From: an uncultured Bacillaceae bacterium
GTDB lineage: Bacteria; Bacillota; Bacilli; Caldalkalibacillales; Caldalkalibacillaceae
NCBI GenBank assembly: GCA_937967685.1
Contig: CALBTX010000114.1
Location: forward strand, 5,570 to 69,569
Length of the DNA: 64,000 nucleotides
Reading direction: 5' to 3'
The translations under genes and the position numbers were made by a program. The stretch's first letter is position 1; every line of letters starts with the position of its first letter. Positions 29,147 to 37,999 of this stretch are shown here, one piece after another. Under the pieces are notes generated by a model, which was not told the DNA's origin, searched no databases, and saw only the letters and a list, made by a program, of their open reading frames with translations.

Positions 29147-30716
29147 GGACCCCATCCCCCTGATTTGTTCGCTCAAAAATTTTTTCGGCCAACTGAACGG
29201 CAACGAGCATCGCTCGAGCTTTATTCCGGGTTTCCTGCCATTCTTTCTCCGGTACGGAGTCAGCGACAATGCCTGCCCCGGCCTGGATATGAGCCTTGCC
29301 GTCATGAACAAAGATCGTTCGAATCGCGATGCAGGAATCATGATTTCCCGAAAACGAAAAATACCCGACCGCGCCGGAATAAGCATGACGTGCGTCATTT
29401 TCCAATTCAGCCACGATTTCCATGGCCCGAATTTTGGGAGCCCCGGTCACTGTTCCCGCCGGGAAACAAGCGAATAAAGCGTCTACGGCATCATGTCCGT
29501 CCTTCATTTGGCCTTCAACAGTGGAGCAAATATGCATGACATGAGAAAATTTTTCAATCTGCATATGTTTAGTGACTTGCACCGTTCCGAACTGAGCCAC
29601 CCGACCGATATCGTTTCGTCCAAGATCAAGAAGCATGTGATGTTCGGCCCGCTCTTTTTCGTCCGCCAGCAGTTCTCTGGCCAACGCTTCATCCTCTTCC
29701 TTCGTTTTTCCTCTCGGCCTTGTCCCCGCGATTGGATTGGTTTCCGCCTTGTTCCCGACCAATTTGACCAGCCTTTCCGGTGAGCTACCGATAATGTTGA
29801 TCCCATCCCCCAAATCGAGATAGTACAGATAAGGAGACGGGTTGACCATCCTGAGCACACGGTATATATTGAACGGATCCGTTTCGATATCGAGGGTGAA
29901 ACGCTGGGACAACACGGTTTGAAAGACATCGCCAGCCCGAATGTATTTTTTGATTTTCTGTACAGATTCAAGGAAAGACTGCCGGTCAAAATTAGAACTG
30001 ACTTGAGACCAATCCACTTGAGGCCGTTCACTCGGAAGATGAAACAGTTCAAATTCATCCTGTTTCAGCCGTTTAAATACGCGATCAATCCGTCTAGAAA
30101 TGTGCGCACACGTTTCTTCGTAACTCAATTTTAATTCCTCTTCGGTTTGTGCCCGGTCCACTCTCAAATGAGAAATAAAGGTGATCTCCTGTTGCAAATG
30201 ATCAAAGGCAATCATTTCGTCGCAAAACATCAAGCGGATCTGATCCTGTTCAAAAATGTCTTGTCTATGTTTCGGAATGTCCTCAACCAACGTTATCGCA
30301 TCATAACCGACGTAACCGATCGCACCTCCGCTGAATGGGGGAAGGTCCAGCTCCTGCGGAACTCTGTACGTTCGCAACAATTTTTTTAAGAGCTCCAAGG
30401 GTTGGTTGCTGACCCGCGAGGCAAACAACTCGTCGGAAAAAAGACTGTCCTTCGCCGGACCATCCGATCGCAGTGGTTCGATATACCCCTTCCCATCGCG
30501 TACGGAAAACACGACAAAGGGTCGATTGCCGATAAACGAATATCTGCCCCACTGTTCGCCGCCTTCGACACTTTCAAGCAAAAAGGAGTAAGCTTCTTTC
30601 ACTTGTTGAAAGAGACGAATCGGAGTTAAATTGTCTGACCATACCTTTCGACTGATCGGAATAAAGGAATACGTGTCTTTCAAACGCAACACTTCTTCAA
30701 AGGAAGGATAAAACAT
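29139..30716 (-). CDS. trpE: Anthranilate synthase component I
   Basis: LLESVEGGEQWGRYSF and GAVGYFSFSGN motifs. ATG at 30716 has a GAAGGGGTG RBS. The longer ORF would run through the attenuator. Confidence 0.95.
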   Translation of the reverse strand: MFYPSFEEVLRLKDTYSFIPISRKVWSDNLTPIRLFQQVKEAYSFLLESVEGGEQWGRYSFIGNRPFVVFSVRDGKGYIEPLRSDGPAKDSLFSDELFASRVSNQPLELLKKLLRTYRVPQELDLPPFSGGAIGYVGYDAITLVEDIPKHRQDIFEQDQIRLMFCDEMIAFDHLQQEITFISHLRVDRAQTEEELKLSYEETCAHISRRIDRVFKRLKQDEFELFHLPSERPQVDWSQVSSNFDRQSFLESVQKIKKYIRAGDVFQTVLSQRFTLDIETDPFNIYRVLRMVNPSPYLYYLDLGDGINIIGSSPERLVKLVGNKAETNPIAGTRPRGKTKEEDEALARELLADEKERAEHHMLLDLGRNDIGRVAQFGTVQVTKHMQIEKFSHVMHICSTVEGQMKDGHDAVDALFACFPAGTVTGAPKIRAMEIVAELENDARHAYSGAVGYFSFSGNHDSCIAIRTIFVHDGKAHIQAGAGIVADSVPEKEWQETRNKARAMLVAVQLAEKIFERTNQGDGVHV

Positions 30717-30830
30717 AGGTGAACACCCCTTCAATTGGAGTTGAAGAGGAATCAAGAGAGGATCTGGACATGCCCGAGGAGGAAATGCATTTGGGAGTAT
30801 GGCGCGGACAAATGGACAAGCAAACGCCCT

Positions 30831-30861
30831 TAAAAAATAAAAACAGGGCCCGGAAGCCCTG
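30831..30861 (-). terminator. trp leader attenuator (intrinsic terminator)
   Basis: On the minus strand: CAGGGC-ttccgg-GCCCTG followed by TTTTTATTTTTT. It lies about 115 nt upstream of the trpE ATG and downstream of the triplet array. Confidence 0.8.
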
Positions 30862-30941
30862 CGCATGTTTCCTTGAAGACATACTTCAAACTTGGGACGA
30901 TCTGCAGTCGTTGCTTTGACCGTCTCAAGTAGAAAGACGTT

Positions 30942-31011
30942 CTCCTGCTAGGCTCTCCTCTGCTCAACTCTCTCCACTTTGCTAAACTCTACTCATGCTT
31001 TAATGCAACTC
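30942..31011 (-). promoter_or_regulatory. TRAP (MtrB) binding site: array of about 11 (G/U)AG triplets in the trp leader RNA
   Basis: Minus-strand RNA reads GAG..AAG cau GAG ua GAG uu UAG caaagug GAG a GAG uu GAG ca GAG ga GAG cc UAG cag GAG. mtrB is present at 40177-40401. Confidence 0.85.
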
Positions 31012-31087
31012 GTAAATCCTTTTAAATCAACTCAACATGATATGAAACGCTATGTTATGAATCGCTCCCTCATATGCTGTTAATTGG

Positions 31088-31117
31088 ATTTTAACTTAAA
31101 GCATAGGGTGACGTCAA
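31088..31117 (-). promoter_or_regulatory. Putative sigma-A promoter of the trp operon (TTGACG-18-TAAAAT)
   Basis: Minus strand reads cTTGACGtcaccctatgctttaagtTAAAATcc, immediately after the stop of the upstream gene. Confidence 0.5.
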
Positions 31118-31134
31118 GCAATTTAAGCATGTGT

Positions 31135-32865
31135 CTACTTTTTGACACTTTCTTTCTGCTCGGCGGGTTCGTCGCTCCCTCTGTACCGAGCGTACGGCAA
31201 GGGATTCCACGTCCGGTATGCCAAATCTTCTTTGCGCAATGCTGCCGGAATTTCATCCAGAATTTTTTTGGCGGCAGCAAGCTCGCGTTGTGCCTCTTCC
31301 TTGTCCTGGTACATGAATTCATCTGAAGCTGTCTCAGGCGCTTGCGCCACTTTTTCTTCCAAGTCCTCTACAACCATTTTTTGTTGGGATCTCATGGCAT
31401 CGCGGGCTTGCTTTCTCCATTCTGGATGCAGATCACGGTTGGTATCTCCTATTGAACTGAATTCTTCAAACACTTCACTGTAGACGCGATCGGCATTGAG
31501 CCTCACATCCATCACCGCGGCTTCCAAGTCACGTATATTCAGCTCATCAGGGCTTAACGGCACATCGCGCTTCGGACCGCCCAATCTTGTTCTTTCCAGA
31601 TAGAAGGGGAAAGTGCCTTTAACGATTTTGCCTACAGGGGAGATCGACTGCTTGTTTTCGTCAACACCTTTAGGCTGGATGCCCTGCATGGCGATGCGAG
31701 CAGACTCTGGCCGGACGATTTCCTTGGGCGGCAAGATGCCATGGCGCAGCATTTCGCGAATATTCGTTCCCGAGATGTTAATGCGCAAGCTATCATCGTG
31801 GCGGCACGTTTGCACGGTTGCCAGACTCGCACAACGCAGGCAATAGAAAACTTCGTGGAACAGGCGAATATCAATCCCCATTTCTTCCGGGGTAAATTCA
31901 TCGAATATCGAATGGCTGGCATACTTGTCGTAATAGTCCCCGATACCGGCATGGTCACGGCCGATCAGCGCGTGGGTACAACCATAGTTTTTCATGATCA
32001 GCGCGTGCAACACGGCTTCACGGGGACCGGCAAAAATATATGTCACCCTTAACGGAGAAAGAATGGACCGTTCTTTCGGATAATAAGTCTCGATCACACT
32101 CCGATAAGCCAGCATGCGGAATTCATGGCGGGTATACTCTCGTTTGGCCATTTCCACCAGCGGCTGGAGCAGTAAACCGTCAATTTCTTCAAGCGCATTT
32201 CGGTGAATATATTCGTGACCGCGGTGCAAAGGATTGGCACCGGTAATAAATCCGGCAACAGAACGAAACTTCTTATCTTCATAAAATAAATGCCACGTAT
32301 CTTTCGGTTCCATGCGCAATTTTTCAAAAGGACCCCAATTCGCGCGGCGTAATAGTTTCAATGGCCCCCCTAACGCATATTCTCCCATTCGGCGGTAAAT
32401 CGAATCAACACCGGGATGATTGCGATCATTCGTGCCGAAAAGATGGCGCGCGCGCTCTTCCTTATCATAAGCAAATATATCTTCGATTTTAAGGATGGCG
32501 ACCGGCTCTTTCGTGTCATCAGCGAGAGCCACTTCATCTCCAACCGACAGTGATTGAACCACTTCTTGATTGCGCTTGCCTATAGGAGCGAAGCTTAAGG
32601 GAACCGGCCAGATCAGGCCATTACTTAGCCGGCCGTTTTTAAGAACCGATTTGTAATCAGCTTCATTCATAAAACCCTCATTTGGTGATAGAACGCCGGT
32701 GGCAATCATTTCGATCGTGATCACTGCTTCTAAATCAACAACAATCATCGGCAGCTCTTTGGCCCTTGCTAGTTCCTCATCTCTTTCCCGTCCGGTTAAA
32801 ACGGTATTGACTAGTTTCCCGCCGTGTGGCTTCTGCGGATAGTTGGCAAACAGTGCTTGATCCAT
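31135..32865 (-). CDS. ATP-sulfurylase-fold protein (Sat-like) with a variant active-site loop and a roughly 180-aa uncharacterised C-terminal extension
   Basis: PHGGKLVN PUA-like N-terminus, HRGHE, AGPREAVLHA, IGRDHAG, and a CxxC...CxH zinc knuckle. The canonical QTRNP loop reads ITGANP. The tail has no P-loop. RBS is GGGGAGGAG. Confidence 0.85.
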   Translation of the reverse strand: MDQALFANYPQKPHGGKLVNTVLTGRERDEELARAKELPMIVVDLEAVITIEMIATGVLSPNEGFMNEADYKSVLKNGRLSNGLIWPVPLSFAPIGKRNQEVVQSLSVGDEVALADDTKEPVAILKIEDIFAYDKEERARHLFGTNDRNHPGVDSIYRRMGEYALGGPLKLLRRANWGPFEKLRMEPKDTWHLFYEDKKFRSVAGFITGANPLHRGHEYIHRNALEEIDGLLLQPLVEMAKREYTRHEFRMLAYRSVIETYYPKERSILSPLRVTYIFAGPREAVLHALIMKNYGCTHALIGRDHAGIGDYYDKYASHSIFDEFTPEEMGIDIRLFHEVFYCLRCASLATVQTCRHDDSLRINISGTNIREMLRHGILPPKEIVRPESARIAMQGIQPKGVDENKQSISPVGKIVKGTFPFYLERTRLGGPKRDVPLSPDELNIRDLEAAVMDVRLNADRVYSEVFEEFSSIGDTNRDLHPEWRKQARDAMRSQQKMVVEDLEEKVAQAPETASDEFMYQDKEEAQRELAAAKKILDEIPAALRKEDLAYRTWNPLPYARYRGSDEPAEQKESVKK

Positions 32866-32899
32866 TATGTTTCTCCTCCCCGTGAATCTTATTGAGTAT

Positions 32900-33196
32900 T
32901 TATCGCCTTTGATTTGCTGAACATAAACGGTACTTCATTAAATGGATATGAAAAATGGCGATCGGTATGAAATGTTTGTTAGATGGTGTCAGAGACAAAA
33001 CTTCCCGTTCTATTAAAATGATGAAAGAAATCGGAAACGCTTTCACATCTGTAAAAAGATTCGCCAAGAGCATGCGCATGCTTTGACTGTCATGTTCGTT
33101 TTGCACGAAGATTATTTTTAATTCGATATTAACATTTTTGGCCCAGTTAGAAAAGAGGGCAATTTTTTTAAAAAAAGGAAGTGTAAGTTTAATCAT
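32900..33196 (-). CDS. Small AT-rich ORF (98 aa from the ATG at 33196), possibly a highly diverged AroH-type chorismate mutase relic
   Basis: The ORF stays open through about 35% GC DNA, which is unlikely by chance. AAGGTGA RBS. There is weak spacing-conserved similarity to B. subtilis AroH (MI(R/K)..., KII-12-MLL-9-FP). The catalytic Arg residues are not conserved. Confidence 0.4.
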   Translation of the reverse strand: MIKLTLPFFKKIALFSNWAKNVNIELKIIFVQNEHDSQSMRMLLANLFTDVKAFPISFIILIEREVLSLTPSNKHFIPIAIFHIHLMKYRLCSANQRR

Positions 33197-33272
33197 TGGT
33201 TTTAGCTCACCTTTTGCATCAGGTTCACGAAGAGACACCTCTATCAGTTAAATGCATCAATGAATGCTTTCT

Positions 33273-34373
33273 TTATTTAGCTGAAGACCACGCTTTGACG
33301 ATCAAAGCAGGTTCCACATCCCGAACCAATTCAGCCCGTCCGATTTCAGGCATCAGCACTAGATTCAGTGCGTTGCCCACCGCTTTTTTATCGGCATACA
33401 TTTTATCAATCACTTGCTGGACATCCCAGGGCAGTTGCTGCCATGAAACGGGAAGACCGTATGCTTCGAGCAAGCGTATCACCTGTTCGGCCAAATCGTT
33501 TTTCTCGTACACATATTCACTCACTTTGGCGGCCAAGACCATTCCGATGGAAACGGCTTCCCCGTGAGTCAAAGCGCCATATTTCCCCAGCGCTTCAAAA
33601 GCATGGGCAAATGTATGACCATAATTCAAGATGGCCCGCCTTCCCTGCTCCTTTTCATCTTCAGCCACGACAGCACTTTTGATTGCACAGGCCCGGCCGA
33701 TCGCTTTAGAGATGTAAGGCTCTTCCAGAGCCAAACATGGCTTGCGATAGATCCACAACCATTCAGCGAAATCCGCATCCTGAATAAAGGCATGTTTAAG
33801 CACTTCGGCAAAGCCGGACCGGATTTGTCTTTTTGGTAAAGTGGCCAGCGTTTTCGTATCATAAATGACTGCCAACGGCTGATAAAAAGCGCCGATTAAA
33901 TTTTTGCCCAATGTATGGTTGATGGCCACCTTCCCTCCCACGCTGCTGTCATGAGCCAAAAGGGTTGTCGGCAGCTGGACAAAGGGGATGCCGCGCATAA
34001 ACGTGCTGGCCACAAAGCCGGCCAAATCACCGACCACGCCTCCGCCCAAGGCCAAGACGACGCTTTTCCGATCCAGCTTTTGTTCGAGGGCATAGGTGAT
34101 CACTTGTTCATACACCTGTAAGGATTTGGATGATTCTCCCGCGGGCACGGCATATCGCCAAACTGAATAGCCGGCGTCTGCCAGTCTTTGCTGGAGTCCA
34201 TGGCCGTAAAGAGCGTCAACCTGCTCATCGGTGACGATCAATAACTTCCGGTTTGTATCGATAGGCAGCCGCTGTAAATAAAAAGCGATGTTAGCTAGCA
34301 GATCATCTCCGATCCAGATCGGGTAAGCCTTCTCCCCCAAAGGTACGGTTAAAGATTGGACGGTTGTTCCCAT
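33273..34373 (-). CDS. aroB: 3-dehydroquinate synthase
   Basis: GGGVVGDLAGFVA motif and metal-binding histidines (GHTFAHA...HGEAV). Confidence 0.95.
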   Translation of the reverse strand: MGTTVQSLTVPLGEKAYPIWIGDDLLANIAFYLQRLPIDTNRKLLIVTDEQVDALYGHGLQQRLADAGYSVWRYAVPAGESSKSLQVYEQVITYALEQKLDRKSVVLALGGGVVGDLAGFVASTFMRGIPFVQLPTTLLAHDSSVGGKVAINHTLGKNLIGAFYQPLAVIYDTKTLATLPKRQIRSGFAEVLKHAFIQDADFAEWLWIYRKPCLALEEPYISKAIGRACAIKSAVVAEDEKEQGRRAILNYGHTFAHAFEALGKYGALTHGEAVSIGMVLAAKVSEYVYEKNDLAEQVIRLLEAYGLPVSWQQLPWDVQQVIDKMYADKKAVGNALNLVLMPEIGRAELVRDVEPALIVKAWSSAK

Positions 34374-35546
34374 TTAAAATTGTTTCGCCTCCTCCACATA
34401 CTCCCGCAAATGACGAGCCATTTCCCGCACATCATCCTGCCCGAACTTTTCACAAAAGGCGTTGGCCACTTCCCAAGCGACAACCGCTTCGGCGACCACG
34501 CTGGCAGCGGGCACGGCACAGCTGTCCGAACGTTCAATGCTGGCCGCAAAAGGTTCTTTCGTATCGATGTCCACACTTTGCAGCGGTTTGTATAACGTCG
34601 GAATCGGCTTCATGACGCCCCGAACAATGATGGGCATCCCGTTCGTCATGCCCCCTTCGAAACCGCCGAGACGATTCGTTTTGCGATAATAGCCCCGTTC
34701 AGCGGACCAGGCAATTTCATCGTGCACCCGACTGCCCGGTCTTTTGGCCGCTTCAAAACCGATGCCGATTTCCACGCCCTTAAAAGCGTTAATGCTTAAT
34801 ACGGCCTGTCCGATACGACCGTCCAGTTTACGATCCCAATGCACGTGACTGCCCAAACCGACAGGGACACCCTCAACAATCACTTCGACAATGCCGCCGA
34901 CAGAATCGCCTTCATTCTTCGCCTGATCAATTTCTTTCATCATGTCCCGGGCGGCCTGTTCGTCCAAACAGCGCACAGGGGATGCTTCTGAGATTTGTTG
35001 TATTTGCTGAATGGTTTTATTTTCCAGCACATCCGGATTCGCTGCAACAGAACCGATGCGGACCACATGACCAGCGACATGAATGCCGAAATGTTGAAGC
35101 AATTTTTTGGCCACGGCTCCGCAAGCGACACGTATAGCCGTCTCCCTGGCACTGGAGCGTTCCAATATGTTGCGCATATCCCTGTGCTTATATTTGAGGG
35201 CGCCGTTCAGATCGGCGTGTCCCGGACGCGGCCTGGAGACCCTGCGCTTGCCGACGACGTCTTCCGCCAAAGGGTCCGCACTCATTAATTGCTGCCAATT
35301 GCGCCAATCTTTATTTTCTATCACTAAACCGATGGGAGCCCCGGTTGTTTTCCCGTCACGGACTCCAGCGGTAATCTGCACTTGATCTTTCTCAATTTGC
35401 ATGCGGCGTCCCCGGCCGTATCCCTTTTGCCTTCTCTGCAATTCAACATTGATGTCTTCTTTCAATAAAGGAAGATGGGCCGGCACGCCCTCGAGTATGG
35501 CCATTAACTGAGGGCCATGTGACTCTCCCGAAGTTAAATATCTCAT
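34374..35546 (-). CDS. aroC: Chorismate synthase
   Basis: [12 protein letters not shown] start and SRPRPGHAD motif. Called aroF in B. subtilis. ATG at 35546. Confidence 0.96.
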   Translation of the reverse strand: MRYLTSGESHGPQLMAILEGVPAHLPLLKEDINVELQRRQKGYGRGRRMQIEKDQVQITAGVRDGKTTGAPIGLVIENKDWRNWQQLMSADPLAEDVVGKRRVSRPRPGHADLNGALKYKHRDMRNILERSSARETAIRVACGAVAKKLLQHFGIHVAGHVVRIGSVAANPDVLENKTIQQIQQISEASPVRCLDEQAARDMMKEIDQAKNEGDSVGGIVEVIVEGVPVGLGSHVHWDRKLDGRIGQAVLSINAFKGVEIGIGFEAAKRPGSRVHDEIAWSAERGYYRKTNRLGGFEGGMTNGMPIIVRGVMKPIPTLYKPLQSVDIDTKEPFAASIERSDSCAVPAASVVAEAVVAWEVANAFCEKFGQDDVREMARHLREYVEEAKQF

Positions 35547-35547
35547 C

Positions 35548-35575
35548 AAATAGACCTCCTGAAATAGACCTCCTG
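35548..35575. repeat. Perfect 14-nt tandem duplication of the aroC Shine-Dalgarno region
   Basis: Plus strand has aaatagacctcctg twice. The mRNA therefore reads CAGGAGGTCTATTT CAGGAGGTCTATTT G ATG. Confidence 0.95.
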
Positions 35576-35629
35576 CTTTAACCTTTCATCATTATAGCCG
35601 AAAAGACTGAAAAATGATATGTTCACGGG

Positions 35630-36424
35630 TTATAATTTGCGGTAAAAAAAAGGCGCTTCCGGTTCCAAACCGAATGTTTCAGGATAAAAAATTTGCTCCG
35701 TACTGCCGACAAATAAGACCCCGCCGTTGCGCAACGATTGGGAAAAATGCTGAAAAAGTCGTCTCTTCGCTTCTTCTGTAAAATAGATGAGCACATTGCG
35801 GCATAAAATTAAATCAAGACCTTTTGGAAAGGGATCGGCCAACAAATTGTGCCGGTCAAACGTCACCCTCGACTTGATCTTCTCGGATAAGACATAACTT
35901 CCCGTTTCATGTTCAAAATAAGTGCGCAACAAGTGAGCGGGAACATGTTGAACGGCGCGTTGAACATATATGCCTTGTTTCGCTTTGTCGATGGCCGCCT
36001 GGTCGATATCCGTCGCTTGAACATGAATCTGTTCCAGCGGCATCAACCGGCTCAGTAACATGACCAAAGAATAAGGTTCTTCTCCGGTCGAACAGGCCGC
36101 ACTCCAGATCTTCAAAGGCGAACGATGTTGCAACAAACGCGGTAAAATTTTTCTTTCCAACACCTGCCATCTTTCCGGGTTGCGAAAAAATTCGGAGACA
36201 TTAATGGTCATCCGGTCCATAAATTCATTCAACAGTTCAGGATCTTTGATCAACGCATCGTAATACGCAGCGAAAGAAGCAAATCCCCTTTTTTGTCTTA
36301 AAGAAGTTAAACGTCTTTTCATCTGAGGTTGCTTGTATTGATTTAAGTCAATGCCTGTATGGCGTTTCACTCGCTGTTTAAATTGCTCGAAATCATCCAT
36401 CCCCACCGATGATGGCCCTCCCAT
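35630..36424 (-). CDS. cheR: Chemotaxis protein methyltransferase
   Basis: IWSAACSTGEEPYS SAM-binding motif. Start is uncertain (36424 or 36400). Confidence 0.9.
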   Translation of the reverse strand: MGGPSSVGMDDFEQFKQRVKRHTGIDLNQYKQPQMKRRLTSLRQKRGFASFAAYYDALIKDPELLNEFMDRMTINVSEFFRNPERWQVLERKILPRLLQHRSPLKIWSAACSTGEEPYSLVMLLSRLMPLEQIHVQATDIDQAAIDKAKQGIYVQRAVQHVPAHLLRTYFEHETGSYVLSEKIKSRVTFDRHNLLADPFPKGLDLILCRNVLIYFTEEAKRRLFQHFSQSLRNGGVLFVGSTEQIFYPETFGLEPEAPFFYRKL

Positions 36425-36425
36425 T

Positions 36426-36451
36426 GAAAAAAGCCCTTAAGCAGGGCTTTC
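36426..36451 (-). terminator. Intrinsic terminator after ndk
   Basis: On the minus strand: AAAGCCCT-gctta-AGGGCTTT followed by a T-run. Confidence 0.7.
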
Positions 36452-36472
36452 CATTCGTTTCATGATCAAACT

Positions 36473-36922
36473 TTATACCCACTTATTCATCTCTCGGGAA
36501 TATGTAAGCAACTCATCATCCTCAAAAAATAGCTTGATCTCCCTTTCCGCGCTCTCGGGAGAATCCGAGCCATGAATGACATTCATGCTCACCTGAACAG
36601 CATAATCCCCGCGGATCGTCCCCGGTGCCGCTTCGGCTGGATTGGTCGCCCCCATCATTCCTCGGGCCGCCTTGATCACATTCTCGCCTTCCCACACCAT
36701 GGCGAAAACCGGTCCGGAAGTAATAAAATCGACGAGTTCGCCAAAAAAAGGTTTATCCTTATGTTCACCATAATGCTCCTCGGCCAAGTCCCGGGAGATG
36801 TGCATCAGTTTGGCACCAACCAATTGAAAACCTTTGTGCTCAAAGCGACTGATAATGCTGCCTATCAGATTGCGTTGAACGCCGTCAGGCTTGACCATGA
36901 TAAATGTTTGTTCGACTGCCAT
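36473..36922 (-). CDS. ndk: Nucleoside diphosphate kinase
   Basis: [14 protein letters not shown] start and NVIHGSDS active-site His. Confidence 0.96.
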   Translation of the reverse strand: MAVEQTFIMVKPDGVQRNLIGSIISRFEHKGFQLVGAKLMHISRDLAEEHYGEHKDKPFFGELVDFITSGPVFAMVWEGENVIKAARGMMGATNPAEAAPGTIRGDYAVQVSMNVIHGSDSPESAEREIKLFFEDDELLTYSREMNKWV

Positions 36923-37039
36923 ATCTACCAACTCCTATCTCTGCCACATTTTTAAGCAATAGCGTCACAATTATGGCTAAGCAAAATCGCGGTAACTACG
37001 GGAGAATTGTACCAAATATCATTATTGAAAGCAATTCAA

Positions 37040-37999
37040 TCAAAATGTGCGTTGTTCAATAAACCCGGCTATTTGAGAAAAAATATCCTTGCTATCGTGG
37101 TCGTGCAAATGATTCAGGGATTCACGCGCCTTATGCAGGTACTTTTGGGCGATTTCCTTCGCTCTATGGATTCCCCCGCTGTTCAGCACCAGATCAATAA
37201 TATGTTTAATATCGGGATGGCCGCTATTAAACTCTTGGATAATGTGATTTTTTACTGACGCATTTTCCATAGAAAGCAAAACAGGCAGGGTAATATTTCC
37301 TTGTAATAAATCGTTGCCCGCTGGTTTACCTAACTGCTGCTCGGTTCCCGTCAAATCCAAAATATCGTCCGTGATCTGAAAGGCCATGCCCACATTGTAA
37401 CCATAGCGGTATAACGCCTGAACGATGTCTTCTTTCGCACCACAGGCCAAAGCCCCCAGCTGGCAGCTGATGGCCATTAAAAGTGCCGTCTTGCGTTTAA
37501 TCCTTAACAAATACGTTTTTAGGGACTGGTTCCATTCATACAAACACTTGATTTGCTCGATTTCCCCGATGCACATATTGACAATCGCCTTGGAGAGAAT
37601 TTGATGGATGCGCACATTTTCAAGTTTACTGATATAACCGACAGCTTGGGAGAGGATATAATTTCCCGTATACATCGCCACCCGGTTATCCCATTTAGAT
37701 TTCACCGTTAACTGACCGCGCCGAATATCGGCATCATCGACGACGTCGTCATGGACGAGAGAAGACATGTGCACCAATTCCAAAGCAACGGCGATATATT
37801 TTAAGCGATTGATGTCATAGTTGCCGCTTTTACCGCCCAGAAGCACAAAAATAGGCCGGATTCTTTTACCGCCCGCTTTTAGTAGGTGGGAAGAAGCTTC
37901 AGTCATCAATGGATCCGGGCTGTGCACTGATTTGTACAGTTCCCGCTCAATAAACTGCATGTCTGTTTTTAATTTTTTGTAGATGTTCAACAAATTCAT
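37040..37999 (-). CDS. hepT: Heptaprenyl diphosphate synthase component II
   Basis: LVHDDVVDD and ITDDILD aspartate-rich motifs. Confidence 0.93.
   Translation of the reverse strand: MNLLNIYKKLKTDMQFIERELYKSVHSPDPLMTEASSHLLKAGGKRIRPIFVLLGGKSGNYDINRLKYIAVALELVHMSSLVHDDVVDDADIRRGQLTVKSKWDNRVAMYTGNYILSQAVGYISKLENVRIHQILSKAIVNMCIGEIEQIKCLYEWNQSLKTYLLRIKRKTALLMAISCQLGALACGAKEDIVQALYRYGYNVGMAFQITDDILDLTGTEQQLGKPAGNDLLQGNITLPVLLSMENASVKNHIIQEFNSGHPDIKHIIDLVLNSGGIHRAKEIAQKYLHKARESLNHLHDHDSKDIFSQIAGFIEQRTF

Noticed and set aside
29139-30866. Several track ORFs carry long N-terminal extensions: trpE 575 aa, trpD 426 aa, gpsA 448 aa, panB 336 aa, bshB1 298 aa, folE 216 aa, mecB 244 aa and the RND adaptor 399 aa.
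   Set aside because: In each case the conserved protein begins at an internal ATG or GTG with a good Shine-Dalgarno. The extension overlaps the upstream gene, a terminator or the trp attenuator. I used the internal starts.
32866-33272. I looked for an S-box (SAM) riboswitch or T-box leader in front of the Sat-like gene.
   Set aside because: I found no S-box core, no T-box specifier or T-box sequence, and no terminator with a U-tract. A candidate extended -10 (TGtTAATAT near 33126-33134) falls inside the open reading frame, so I did not call it.
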